Shown here one piece after another: positions 26,526 through 39,672 of a DNA stretch of 64,000 nt. Under the pieces are notes generated by a model. It searched no databases, had not been told where the DNA came from, and saw only the letters and a list, made by a program, of their open reading frames with translations. Each line of letters begins with the position of its first letter. The stretch's first letter is position 1. The position numbers and the translations under genes are program-made. Origin of the DNA: Octopus vulgaris (taxonomy: Eukaryota); contig OX597817.1 in assembly GCA_951406725.2 (NCBI GenBank), positions 173,166,001 through 173,230,000 of the forward strand, read 5' to 3'.

Positions 26526-26556
<31 letters not shown>

Positions 26557-26708
26557 TCATCTTCGTTTAACATCCGCTTTCCCTGCTGGCATGGGTTGAA
26601 CGGTTTTACTGAGAACTGGCAGTATTTGTGTGTCTCTCCTTACTACAGCCAAAATGGTTGATCATTAGTAAGGAACGACACACAAATAAGAAAGAAGAAA
26701 GCAAAGAA

Positions 26709-26748
26709 CCACTGATGATATCACAGAAGTGTGACGAAAGAACTCTGG
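26709..26748 (+). ncRNA. Minimal hammerhead motif
   Basis: CCA-CTGATGA-(TA)TCAC AGAAGT GTGA(C)-GAAAG AA CTC-TGG. Confidence 0.55.
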
Positions 26749-26861
26749 CTGAAATACGATTAATGTAAAAAATAAAATAAAGCTGCAGGAAATGAACACC
26801 GAATATATAGTACGTGTGTTTTTATTGGCTACACTAGCAACATGACCATCCACAAATACAA

Positions 26862-26946
<85 letters not shown>

Positions 26947-27864
26947 CATGTACATGTATATGAACATAAAAGACTCCGCCGGTTACGACGACGAGGGTCC
27001 CAGCTGATACGATCAACGGAACAGCTTGCTCGTGAAATTAACGTGCAAATGGCTGAGCATTCCACAGACACGTGTACCCTTAACGTAGTTCTCGGGGATA
27101 ATCAACGTGACACAGAGAGTGACAAGGCTGACCCTTTGAAATACAAGTACAACTCATTTTTGCCAGCTGAGTGGACTGGAGCAACGTGAAATAAAGTGTC
27201 TTGCTCAAGGACACAACGCGTCGCCGGGAATCGAATTCACAACCTTACGATCATGAGCCGAATGCCCTAACCACTAAGCCACGCGCCCTCACCATATGAA
27301 CATATACATGTACACACACACACATATATATATACACACACATACACACACACACACATACACACACACACACACACTTATATATATAAATCAGTGTATA
27401 TAGTAAAAAAAATGTTACGTAATATTTGAATAATAAGATAATAAAAGGTAAGGATAAAAATACAGCAAGAACAAATTTTAAAAATAAAAAAAAATATCCG
27501 CAGATTATTCTCAGGATCTTTCTTATGGAGATATAAGTGATAACAGATATCACAATAAACATTTATAAGAAAAGCAGGAATTATTACACACAAAATATTT
27601 GTTGATCCATTTTCACAATCCCTTTTCCGTGTTGGAATATAATTAGGATGATGTTGTTATTGAGAGGTTGCTTTATTTTGGACATCTTTGAAGGAGCAAA
27701 GCCAGCAGACATTTTATTGACTTGAGGAAAGGAAAATATTGCCACCACTTGTAGTCCCTGTTATCCAGAAACTATTTAAACAAACACTCAGACACACACA
27801 TACACCCAACAAGCATGCACACATACTCATACATATATACATACATACATACATATATATACAT

Positions 27865-28285
27865 ACAATAAGGTAAGCTTCATCTTATTTATGTGGTGTA
27901 TCTTATGCCATTTTTTTAGCATAATAACATGCGAAACCCTGACAGCATAGCAGACAAGTCGGGTTTCCAACCATATAGGAAGCAAACTTCTAAACTAGTT
28001 TACTGTGTCCAAGGCAACCAAAAGGCCTATGTGTGTAGGTTATGTTGATGAAATCTCAAGGAAGCCCATCATATATGTATGTGATGAGCTTCCTTGAGAT
28101 TTCATCAACATAATCTACACACAAGTCTTTGGTTGCCTTGGACACAGTAAACTAGTTTAGAAGTTTGCTTCCCATATGGTTGGAAACCCAACTTGTCTGC
28201 TATGCTGTCAGGGTTTCGCATGTTATTATGCTAAAAAAATGGCATAAGATACACCGCATAAATAAGATGAATCTTATCTTATTGT
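27865..28285. repeat. Near-perfect palindrome of about 420 bp with an adjacent tRNA-like head (28290-28375, minus)
   Basis: Arms are reverse complements about ~28075; GGCCCAATGGATAAG...GGTTCAATTC on the minus strand. Confidence 0.85.
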
Positions 28286-28914
28286 ATTGTGTGTTTATTG
28301 ACCCTGATGAGAATTGAACCCACAAGCTTTGGCTCCAAAAGATGACTTCTTATCCATTGGGCCAAATGGCCTCAAACATTTGTCCTAACGCATAATTTCT
28401 AGCATGCATTTGCCTGGCTGCTTATCCAAAATAAAAGACATCAGATCGTTATAATCCTAGATGAGGCTCAGCATCCTGAGATCATTCGCCATCCACTTCT
28501 TTTTATGTTTACCTGAGTCTCTCTCTGCCTCATGTTCCATCCACTTGGAGAGATATGCACTTCCTATGTAGTTGCCATCATCCATTCAACACATCGTATA
28601 CGAATTTCATTGAAGTCTTCCCTGTTGCACACAGCATCTTTTATCTTTTATCTTTTACTTGTTTCAATCACTAGACTGTGGCCATGCTGGGGCAATGCCT
28701 TGAAGTATTTTTAGTTGAATAAATTGGCCCCAGTACTAATTTTTTTTAAAGCATAGTGCTTGTTCTATTACTCTCTTTTAATAAACCACTAAGTTATGTG
28801 GGTGTAAACACACCAACACCGGTTGTCAAGTGGTGGTGGTGGGGAACAAATACACACACATACATGCACACACACACACATACACACACACACGATGATC
28901 TTCCTTCAGTTTCT

Positions 28915-29325
28915 TATTTCTTTATTGTCCACAAGGGGCTAAACATAGAGGGGACAAACAAGGACAGACAAAGGGATTAAGTCGATTATATCGATCCCAG
29001 TGCATAACTGGTACTTAATTTATCGACCTCAAAAGGATGAAAGGCAAAGTCGACCTCAGCGGAATTTGAACTCAAAACGTAACAGCAGACGAAATACCTA
29101 TTTCTTTACTACCCGCAAGGGGCTACACACAGAGGGGACAAACAAGGACAGACAAATAGATTAAGTCAATTATATCGACCCCAGTGCATAACTGGTACTT
29201 ATTTAATCGACCCCGAAAGGATGAAAGGCAAAGTCGACCTCGGCGGAATTTGAACTCAGAACATAACGGCAGACGAAATACCGCTAAGCATTTCACCCGG
29301 CATGCTAATGATTCTGCCAGCTTGC
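28915..29325 (-). mobile_element. Tandem copies of a third SINE family (GCCTTTCATCCTTTCGGGGTCGAT domain, Nin/Deu-like); others at about 4020, 41780, 59285, 62255-62815 and 63270
   Basis: Dispersed repeat with GAGTTCAAATTCC B-box; the domain name is from memory and unverified. Confidence 0.65.
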
Positions 29326-29996
29326 TGCCTTCTTCCTTCAGTTTTTGTAAACCAAATCTACTCACAAGAATTTGGTTGGCCCACAGTTATAGTAGAAGAC
29401 ACTTGCCCAAGGTGCCACACAGACTGAACTCAAACCGTGTGGTTGGGAAGCAAGCTTCTTATCACACACACCCATACCTGCACCTCAGTAACTCTCAGTT
29501 TTCCTCTCAGTTCATTTGTGCAACATCATTCATATACATTAACATTACACAATCAGCAGAGCATAGTCACTCTTTTTCCTTCTAGTATTTATGAATCCTT
29601 TGCCTTCAAAGACCTTCTTTTACCAGCATGCAGCAATGCAATTCTAACACAAGTATCATACAATCTGCTCTCTGCTCTTCACACTGAGTCAGTAAAATCA
29701 ATGTTACCAGAGGTAATAGCTTCCTGAGCATATTCCTTCGTCTTGTTACTCTGGCTACAATGTTCAGATCACTCACCCACTCACTAGGAATTAGATCACC
29801 AAGGTAATAGAAGCTATAAACTACTTCTGTGGAGTGTTGTGAGTATTTGGGAGAATCTGCTTCATGTGTACTCTTAGTCCTTATTGCTCCAGTGCACCTG
29901 CAACATATGAAGTCTACATTCTGTATTAATATGTGTGTATGCACGTATGTATGTATGTATGTATGTATGTATGTATGTATGTATGTATGTATGTAT

Positions 29997-32130
29997 CATC
30001 ATCATCATCATCATCGTTTAGCGTCCGTTTTCCATGCTAGCATGGGTTGGACGGTTCTACTGGGGTCTGTGAAGCTAGAAGGCTTCATCAGGCCCAGTCA
30101 AATCTGGCAGTGTTTCTACGGCTGGATGCCCTTCCTAACGCCAACCACTCCGTGAGTGTAGTGGGTGCTTTTTACGTGCCACCCGCACTGGTGCCAGACA
30201 GAGCTGGCAAACGGCCACGAACGGATGGTGCTTTTTATGTGCCACCGGCACGAGGGCCAGGCGAGGCTGGCAACGGACACGAAACGGGGCGGTGCTGGCA
30301 ACGGTCGCGAAACGGAAAGTTCTCTTACATGCCACCGGCACTGGTAACACATCTGCAATTTCCATTGATCGATTTCCATTGATCGATTTCGATTCTGATC
30401 GTCACTTGCCTCAACGGGTCTTCACAAGCAGAGTATTGACATGCCACCGGCACTGGTAGCACATCCGCAATTTCCATTGATCGATTTCGATTCTGATCCT
30501 CACTTGCCTCATCACGTCTTCACAAGTAGAGTTTTGTGTCCCAAGAAGGGAAGGTATGCATACGTAGGCTGGCTCCATCCCATGTAGAAGGCCACGGGTT
30601 ATGGACTCACTTTTCCTACCGGGTCTTCTCGCGCACAGCACACTTCCAGAGGTCTCGGTCTCTAGTCATTTCCTCAGTGAGACCTAAAGTTCGAAGGTCG
30701 TGCTTCACCACCTCGTCCCAGGTTTTCCTGGGTCTGCCTCTTCCACAGGTTCCCTCAACCGCTAGGGTGTGGCACTTTTTCACACAACTATCTTCATCCA
30801 TTCTCGCCACATGACCATACCAGCGCAAACGTCTCTCTTGCACACCACAACTGATGCTTCTTAGGTCCAGCTTTTCTCTCAAGGTACTTACACTCTGCCG
30901 AGTGTGAGTACCGGCATTACACATCCATCGGAGCATACTGGCTTCATTTCTAGCGAGCTTACGCATATCCTCAGCAGTCACGGCCCATGTTTCACTGCCA
31001 TGTAGCATGGCTGTTCGTACACACGCATCATACAGTCTGCCTTTCACTCTGTGCGAGAGGCCTTTTGTCACCAGCAGAGGTAAGAGCTCTCTGAACTTTG
31101 CCCAAGCTATTCTTACTCTAGCAGTTACACTTTCAGCACACCCGCCCCCGCTGCTGACTTGGTCACCTAGGTAATGGAAACTATCAACTATTTCTAGTTT
31201 TTCTCCCTGGAAAGTGACGGAAGTTGGTCTCAGAGCATTTTCAGTGTTTATTGTTCCTGAGCATCTGCCACATACAAAAACCATCTTCCTAGTTAGCCTT
31301 CCTTTGACATTGCTGCATCTCTTATGTGTCCATAGCTTACACTTGGTGCATCTTATAGAGTTTCTACCTACACCTTTTCTACAGATCGAGCAGGGCCATC
31401 TACCTGAAGGTGTTTGTGATTTGTCTACCTTCCTACTGATTACGACTTTGGTTTTAGCTAGATTGACTCTGAGGCCCTTCGATTCTAATCCTTGTTTCCA
31501 CACCTGAAACTTCTCCTCCAGTTCTGATAGCGACTCAGCAATTAGAGCAAGGTCATCAGCATAGAGGAGCTCCCAAAGGCATCCTGTCTTGAATTCCTCC
31601 GTTATTGCCTGGAGGACTATGATAAATAGGAGGGGGCTGAGTACTGAGCCTTGGTGGACTCCTACCTCTACCTGGAATTCTTCACTGTACACATTTCCAA
31701 CCCTCACCCTACTAGCGGCGTCCCTGTACATGGCCCGCACAGCTCTCACTAACCATTCATCTATCCCTAGTTTCCTCATTGCCCACCAGATAAGGGATCG
31801 GGGACCCTGTCGAAGGCTTTCTCCATGTCAACAAAAGCCAGGTACAGGGGCTTATCTTTGGCTAGGTATTTCTCCTGCAGCTGCCTTACCAGGAATATAG
31901 CATCAGTAGTACTTTTCCCTGGCACAAACCCAAACTGCATCTCATCTAAACTAACTCTCTCTCTAATTAGTTGGGCTATGACCCTCTCCGTAACCTTCAT
32001 CACCTGGTCCAACAGCTTGATACCTCTGTAGTTATTTGTATCTAGGGCATCACCTTTACCTTTGTAGCAGTTGACTATTATACTGCTACACCAGTCATTG
32101 GGTATGACCCCTTTGTGTATCACCTGATTA
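29997..32130 (-). mobile_element. 5'-truncated RTE-clade LINE: RT ORF remnant (30616-32130, frameshift near 31795) plus 3' UTR
   Basis: NYRGIKLL, QFGF, FVDMEKAFD, GVHQGSVLSPLLF, LLYADDL, YLG, RRLRWYGH, RGRPRKTW; PHD-like Cys cluster. Confidence 0.95.
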
Positions 32131-32204
32131 ATGTATGTATGTATGTATGTATTGTATATATATATGTGTGTGTGTATATGTTTGTGAATATATACTTGCA
32201 TATG

Positions 32205-32258
<54 letters not shown>

Positions 32259-33602
32259 GTGAAGGTGAATGGCTCAGTGGTTAGAATGTCTGGCTCACAG
32301 TCATGAGGTTGTGAGTGTGATTCCCAGACTGGGTTGTGTGTTGTGCTCTTGAGCAAGACACTTTATTTCACGTTGTTCCAGTTCCCTCAGCTGTAGAAAT
32401 GAGTTGTGATGTCACTGGTGCCAAGCTGTATCAGCCTTGAATAACATCGGTGGTGTGGAGAGAGGAAACTGGTATGCATGGGTGACTGCATAAACAACCT
32501 TACTTGGACTTGTGCAATCCCATGGTCATTCATGACTGAACAGGGTCTTTCAATATATATATATATATACTTTATTTAAAAGCAGCAGAAATTCAACAAA
32601 AGCTGTTACTCGGAGTTTCATGTTCAGGAACTTGAAACTCCAAGTAACAGCTTTTGCTGAATTTTGCTGCTTTTAAATAAAGCATATTACTCTACCTCTG
32701 GTATTTGAGTACTCTTTTTTCCACCTTGTTTCACATTTATGTGTTTACTCCGGTATATATATATATATATATATCTTAATAATTACGATGTGCACTCTTC
32801 TATCTCTACTATCCCTTCTCTGTCTATCTCTCTCCCTCTCTTGTTTTTCATCCCTTCTGGTTTTCTCTCCCACCCTTCCCTATTCTTCTCTTCTCTTCTT
32901 CACCATTCCCTTTCTCTCACTCTCCCTCCTTGACTCTCTCGTCACTGACACGCGACGAAAGGGAATCTGTCTTTCTACCCATTTCCTTCCTAAAGACATG
33001 TGCTTATACCTGTCTTCTTTCATAAGCTCGTCCTCCTAGCGTTCATAAAAATTTTCTATCGTCTTGGCTTAACATCCCTCACCGTTTGTTTTTACTGTCT
33101 TGTTCTCACTGTCCTGTTCTTGTTTCCACTTTCACCCGCTGCAAAAAATCCCAAATTTTATCTAATTTGCTTTGCGTGAAGGTCTGTTTCAATGAAATCA
33201 CGTATTGTCCTTGCCTTCAAAACGTGGAGTAGATGAAACAGGGACAACTGATAAAGAGAAATTTCTTTATGTTGCATGTCTCGTTCCTCTGTTTGTTTTT
33301 TTCGTTGTTCAAAAAAAGTTTGTTTTCATGTTTTCGTTTCTTATTGTGTTCAACGTTTTTTTGATGTCCTGTTCCCATATATGCACATATATATACATAT
33401 ATATGTAGGTATGTACATATATGTATGTATATATGAATATATTTATATATTATTTATATTATTTATATATATATAGAGAGAGAGAGATTCAGATGAATAT
33501 AGTACTTAAGTCGAGGCACCAGAATTTAGTACAGTATTATCCATACAATTTCAAAGTAAGGTGATTAAAGTCAAAATATGCAACAAGGATATCCAGCGGT
33601 AA

Positions 33603-33689
33603 TGCAGTACGATTGTTTCATGCAACTCTATTTAATTGAATAAAGCAATCATTACATCAATTTAAAATGCAGAGCAATCCTCAGCTGCA
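33603..33689 (-). ncRNA. Hammerhead motif with extended stem II
   Basis: TGCAG-CTGAGGA-...-GAAA-CAATCG-TA-CTGCA; 5-bp stem I. Confidence 0.6.
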
Positions 33690-33869
33690 CAAAGACATAG
33701 AATTTAATTAAATTAGAACAGATGGACACATTAGTATAATTCTACCTAAAATCTCCAAGAAGTTAAGGAGTTAAGTATGCCGTCACTAGTGATCACTCCA
33801 AACACTATGATGTTGACCGGATGTTTGATTTTTATCCCTCTTGGTAAATGTTTTGGGGACATGGCAAGT

Positions 33870-34350
33870 TGTTCCATGTGTTCACCATTTGATCCTGGCA
33901 GAAACTTTTCTCATCTGAGAAAAACCAAAGCATGTTTGGTTGGAGGGGATGCTTGAGTTTGTTCAAAAGCTTTGTGGCATGCTCTTTTCTCTTGTCCCTT
34001 ATGGCTTGGGATAAAAATTGGCCCTTTCTCTTCTTGTATGAGGATTATCAAATGTCTTCATGCATTACCTGCCTGATAAGAAACTCAGACATTCCCATAT
34101 CCCTGACAATGGACCTGATTGACTTACAGGGATCATTGTCAACCATGGCCTGGATCTCACCAACAAATTCAGTTCTTTCCTTATCAGAATGATCAGAGTG
34201 AGTTTTCCAAGCTGCCATACCTTTGTAGTCACCATTAGACTCATCCAACTTTTTCCGAATCCTCTGCATTGTCCTGAGAGTGACACCCAAACACTCTGAA
34301 ATGTTCGTATTGGAGCTTCCAGCATGACTGCCAAGCAGTGCAGCATGTCA
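33870..34350 (-). pseudogene. IS630-Tc1-mariner transposase remnant (maT/DD37D-like)
   Basis: HTH-like ..DPCKSIRSIVRDMGMSEFLIRQVMHEDI, then in another frame KLLNKLKHP..WFFSDEKSF. Confidence 0.7.
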
Positions 34351-34708
34351 TTTCCAAATTTCTGGTTGAGTGAATTGTATCATGGTGCTGTTTTTCTTAC
34401 AGACAGTGCCCAACTGACCCTACCATACTGTGTAGTTGACAATATCAAAAATAAACAATGCACATGTGTGAAATTAAAAATATGTAATGGTGACAAGATT
34501 CAGATGAATTAGGTACTTAGGTTGAGGCACCCAAAATTATTGCAGAATTATCCATACAGTTTCAAAATAAGGTGAATAAAATGAAAATGAGCAACAGGAT
34601 ATCCAGAGGTGATGCAGTACGATTGTTTCAAGCAACTCGATTTAATTAAATGGAGTTGCTTGAAACGATCATACTGCATCACTTCTGGATATCCTGTTGC
34701 TTATTTTG

Positions 34709-34749
<41 letters not shown>

Positions 34750-34825
34750 CACACACATGCATACATATATACATACATGCATACATACATACATACATAC
34801 ATACATACATACATACATACATACA

Positions 34826-34858
<33 letters not shown>

Positions 34859-35122
34859 GCATACATACAAAGAGAGACAGAAAAGAAGGGAGCTGGTTGA
34901 GCAAGTTCCAACCATAAGACAGAAGGAGTACTCAATATTAAAAACAAAGTTAAAAGGTTTTATAATTACAGTATGGAATCAATCAAAATGTATTACTCAG
35001 ATGAATTCAATAATTTAATTGATTTCTATAATGGACGAGAACACACACACACACGTGTGTGTATATAGGTATGTATGTATTTATGTATGTATGTGTATAT
35101 TTATATATATAAAGATATATGC

Positions 35123-35160
<38 letters not shown>

Positions 35161-35176
35161 GTATGCACATACACGC

Positions 35177-35209
<33 letters not shown>

Positions 35210-37544
35210 TGTGTGTGTTTGTGGTGTGTGTGTGTATAATATGTATATACACACACACATATATGTTTATTACAAATTGTTTAGAATATCATGTAACTGG
35301 ATTTTTTGGACTTGATGTACAAATTTTTTTCTGTGATGTTCAAAAATGCACCAACATTTATTCACTGTAAGCTTTATTGATCAGCAATCAATATATACCA
35401 ATTTCTTCATTTTCTTCTTTTTTGTTGCAGCTTCACAGTGAATTTTCAAGTGTTATCAGAGAATAAAAGTACACAGGAATTTTTAAATAAATGAATGAAT
35501 AAAAAACATTAATTAAAAGACAAAGCTTGTTTTTATTTTATTATTTTCTTTACTTCCTTCGTGATAACAGTTTTACATTGTCAAAGAAATTTAAGCAATT
35601 ATTAACATTTATAAAATATAAATATGTATAAAATATATGCAGATTTATTTGTATGTATATATATATGTAGTTTTGAAAGTGTATATGTCTTCAAAAGCAT
35701 CAGCAATGGGATAATTGCATTGTGTTCTTATGAAGCCAGTTTTAACAGGGTCGCAGAGTACCAGAGCAATGTATTAACACACAGCCAATATTAGGAATCA
35801 ATTAAGTTTCAACCAATAGCAATAAGTAACCACCTTCAAATGTTAAGAAGAGAAATGTTGTTTGGTTTAACCCTCCATACAATATTGATGGAAAAAAAGG
35901 AAAAAAAGCAACATTGTAAAACATCTTTTCCTATTTATACCTGATCAGAATATATTTTCAAACAAGAGCAACAAAACATATAAAGGTGAAGAAAACCTAT
36001 GTGTAGAATATGTCAAATTTTGTTAGGTACCCCAATGAAGAATAGTGTAAACAAACCAAGTACAAAAAGAGATGGCATACTTTGCCGAAATATAGAATTC
36101 TGATTACTAGAAGACAAATGACTAGATTAAAACATTGTATACCACACTCATACATCAACAGTTTTTTCAAATTATATTTGGTAATTGTAAGTTAAAGGAA
36201 TAATTTCCAACATTCCATTATCAATGCTAGATAAGGCACCAGGATTAAAGAATTTATCAAAGTACATCAGCCTCTGTCTTGCAGAGAAACTTCATATCTT
36301 TTGTTACTCTTCTCAAAGCCTAAATAAAAGAAAGAACTTATTTTGGCTCAAATTCCTTTAAAGTAGCCTTCCTCTAGCAAGATCATTAATAATTGATTTA
36401 AAAGATCAGATTGAATGCAATTTAAACTGTTTAGTCACTATCTGTCACTTCTTTTTCATCCACTGTTGTTCACAGTCAACAAAAAACCCCCAATGGAACG
36501 AAACTTTGGTTTAGATATTTAATTCTCTGTATTTTATATACATCAAACATATATAAGACTATATATTTCTTAGAAAAGGGTGTATGGCGTATTTTAAAGT
36601 TTTTGTAACACAAAATTAACAAAAATAATATCAGAGATGTGTGTGTGTTTGTATATGTACATGTGTGTGACTGTATGTGTGCATATATTCAGAATTTTTT
36701 ATACCTCATCCTCATCACTTTCATTACTTCCTCTCCTCTCATTCTGTTCATGCTACCAAACCCATCACATTCACGTTCATACAATTTCTTCTGTCCACCC
36801 ACCCGGTCATGCCTGCTTTGAATAAACAGGCTCAGCTTGGAGTAGGGAAAACTCTTTAGTCTTTCAGAGGACAAAGCAATTATCCTAGAGTTGGTGTTAC
36901 AATCAAAGGCAATCAGAAAAACTCTGAAGAGTGGTTGGCAAATTGACAAATGTAACATGGAGAGAGTATATGGTCTTGTTGAGAACATGACAACCTTTCT
37001 GTTGATGGTGTCATGATAAAATGCATGTGGTGCACTTTACAAAGTGGTTCATGCTTGGAAGTGCATCCTGCCATACATAGGATGCCAAATCAAACGTCCA
37101 AATGGAATAAGGAGGTCTGCACCTAGGATTCCTGCAACTTCAAATAAGAGCCACCTTGCCAGCAAAGTAAATGAATGTAAAATGATGATGACAATGAGGA
37201 GGAGGAGAAGAAGGAAGAGGAATGTTTTTTCATTTGTGGATATATATATACTTAATCTTATGTATGTATATACTATGTATGTGCACATAATTTGTATGTG
37301 TATGTGTGTGTCTCAGTCCTACCTATGTATTCCAATAAATGATATTCATAAAGTTTGCCAGACTTTTTAACACTTATTCGCATTATTTCTTCCAACAAGA
37401 TGCATATCAGGCTGGCTTTTCATTTTTTTCAGTTACTTTTCCTTTCACATATCACACTCTTGATAATTATTATTATTATTTTTAGTTTCTTTTTTGGCAT
37501 TTTCATATTTATAACAACATAACAACATAACAGAACCAAGAAAT

Positions 37545-37750
37545 ACTTCAGCTCTGATCAGCTTGTAACTCTCCTCAAAGCTCAGGTGAAACACACAATG
37601 GAATACTGCTCCCATATCTAGGACAGTGTCCTTACTAACATTCTGGACCATATCCAAATGAAAGCCATTTTATTAATTGACAGAGTCTCACTCACCAGCA
37701 AACAACAACCAATGACTCACAGATCAACTCTATCCATCTCATCTCATCTC
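37545..37750 (+). pseudogene. Degraded Jockey/CR1-group RT C-terminal fragment
   Basis: LLKAQVKHTMEYCSHI*..LDHIQMKAI, resembling LYKAQIRP.MEYCSH.W..LD.IQ. Confidence 0.5.
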
Positions 37751-37988
37751 ATTGATCTCAAAGGATATGCAAAGGTCACAGGGCAAAGCCTCTCCTTCCT
37801 GACTAAACTTGATCATATCTGTGTGAATGTAGATTATATATATATGCATAGTATATATATATGTAGGTAAATATATATATATACACATATACATACATAT
37901 ATACATATACATTCTTATATTCTTTGAAAGAAGCATATATGCATATATACATACACATATATAAACAGACATACCACACACACACATC

Positions 37989-38024
<36 letters not shown>

Positions 38025-38119
38025 TCTGAACCATTGGTTCTTGTTGAACAATCAAACTGAAGCCACCTTAGAAAGCAGATATGAAATGACAATAACATAA
38101 TGACAACAATGATGTTGAT

Positions 38120-38215
38120 TTATATATATACATACATACATGCATACATTCATACATACATACATACATACATACATACATTCATACATACATACATACA
38201 TACATACTTTCATAC

Positions 38216-38246
<31 letters not shown>

Positions 38247-38363
38247 CTTTCATACATACATACATTCATACATACATACATACATACTTACATACATACA
38301 TACATACATACATTCATACATACATACATGCTTTCATACATACATACATACATACTTTCATAC

Positions 38364-38394
<31 letters not shown>

Positions 38395-38527
38395 CATACA
38401 TACATACATACATACATACATACATACATACATTCATACATACATACATACATACATACTTACATACATACATTCATACATACATACATACATACTTTCA
38501 TACATACATACATACATACTTTCATAC

Positions 38528-38558
<31 letters not shown>

Positions 38559-38705
38559 CATACATACATACATACATACATACATACATACATACATTCA
38601 TACATTCATACATACATACATACATTCATACATACATACATACATACATACATACATTCATACATACATACATACATACATACATACACACATATATACA
38701 TACAT
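38120..38705. repeat. Compound (CATA)n microsatellite
   Basis: Directly visible. Confidence 0.95.
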
Positions 38706-38955
38706 GGTGGTGGTGGTGGATGTCTATTCCTTATGCAGAGTTTGACCACTTCCTGTACCTACACCTTAGAACTATCATGGCATCTGATGTGGTTTTTTTA
38801 AACCAATGTTTTGAAAAGACACCCGCATGGACTGCATATCCAATTTGGACCACCAAGAGCTGCAGTTAACTTCTGATCTTTGTGGATATTAACATCTCTT
38901 TTGTGACCTTCATTAGAATTGCAGACCTGGCACACATTGCATTGAAATGTGTGCA
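38705..38955 (-). pseudogene. Degraded LINE 3' end with C2H2-like motifs (RTE-like)
   Basis: FQCNVC..H...H and ICSPCG.LFK...NHIRCH followed by a (CAC)n tail. Confidence 0.4.
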
Positions 38956-39143
38956 CAGACATATATATATATATATTTTTTTTTTTTCTTTCTTTTTTTA
39001 CTTTACTTGTTTCAGTCATTTGACTGTTCTTTGCTGAACCACTAAGTGACGGGACGTAACACACCAGCACGGTTGTCAGCAATGCTAGGGAACAACACAG
39101 ACACACAAACACACACACACATATATGACTGTGCATGAGCACC

Positions 39144-39201
<58 letters not shown>

Positions 39202-39273
39202 GATATTTAGAGATGAGGAATTATATCCATTATTTACATTTGACGGATATTTGTCCTCATCTTGTTTGTTGTT

Positions 39274-39318
39274 AACACAACGTTTCGGCTGGTATAACTC
39301 CAGCCTTCATCAGGTGTC
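39274..39318 (-). ncRNA. Minimal type I hammerhead ribozyme
   Basis: GACAC-CTGATGA-A-GGCTGG AGTTATA CCAGCC-GAAA-CG-TT-GTGTT; perfect 6-bp stem II, palindromic stem III. Confidence 0.75.
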
Positions 39319-39381
39319 TTGGGGAAATTTCGAACCTGGATTCTCATCCCCAAGGTATTTTTTGATGTTGTTGTTTTTATT

Positions 39382-39424
<43 letters not shown>

Positions 39425-39626
39425 TCACTGCCTGGAATCAAACTCGGAATCTTGGGGTTAGTAGCCCGGGCATATGTCATAGTGGTTAAGAGCATGGGCT
39501 ACTAACCCCAAGATTCCAAGTTCAATTCCAGGCAGTGACCTGAATAATAATAATGATAACAACAACAACAACAACAACATTGAAAACTATCTTAGGAATG
39601 AGAACCCAGGTTCGAAATTTCCCCAA

Positions 39627-39672
39627 GACACCTGATGAAGGCTGGAGGGTATATCAGCTGAAACGTTGTGTT
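39627..39672 (+). ncRNA. Minimal type I hammerhead ribozyme
   Basis: GACAC-CTGATGA-A-GGCTG..CAGCT-GAAA-CG-TT-GTGTT. Confidence 0.7.

Noticed and set aside
27590-27770. Possible minus-strand exon (GLQVVAIF...)
   Set aside because: No recognisable domain and weak splice context.
39475-39540. Functional tRNA gene
   Set aside because: Acceptor stem is incomplete and there is no T-run terminator; it is embedded in a repeat and treated as a SINE head.
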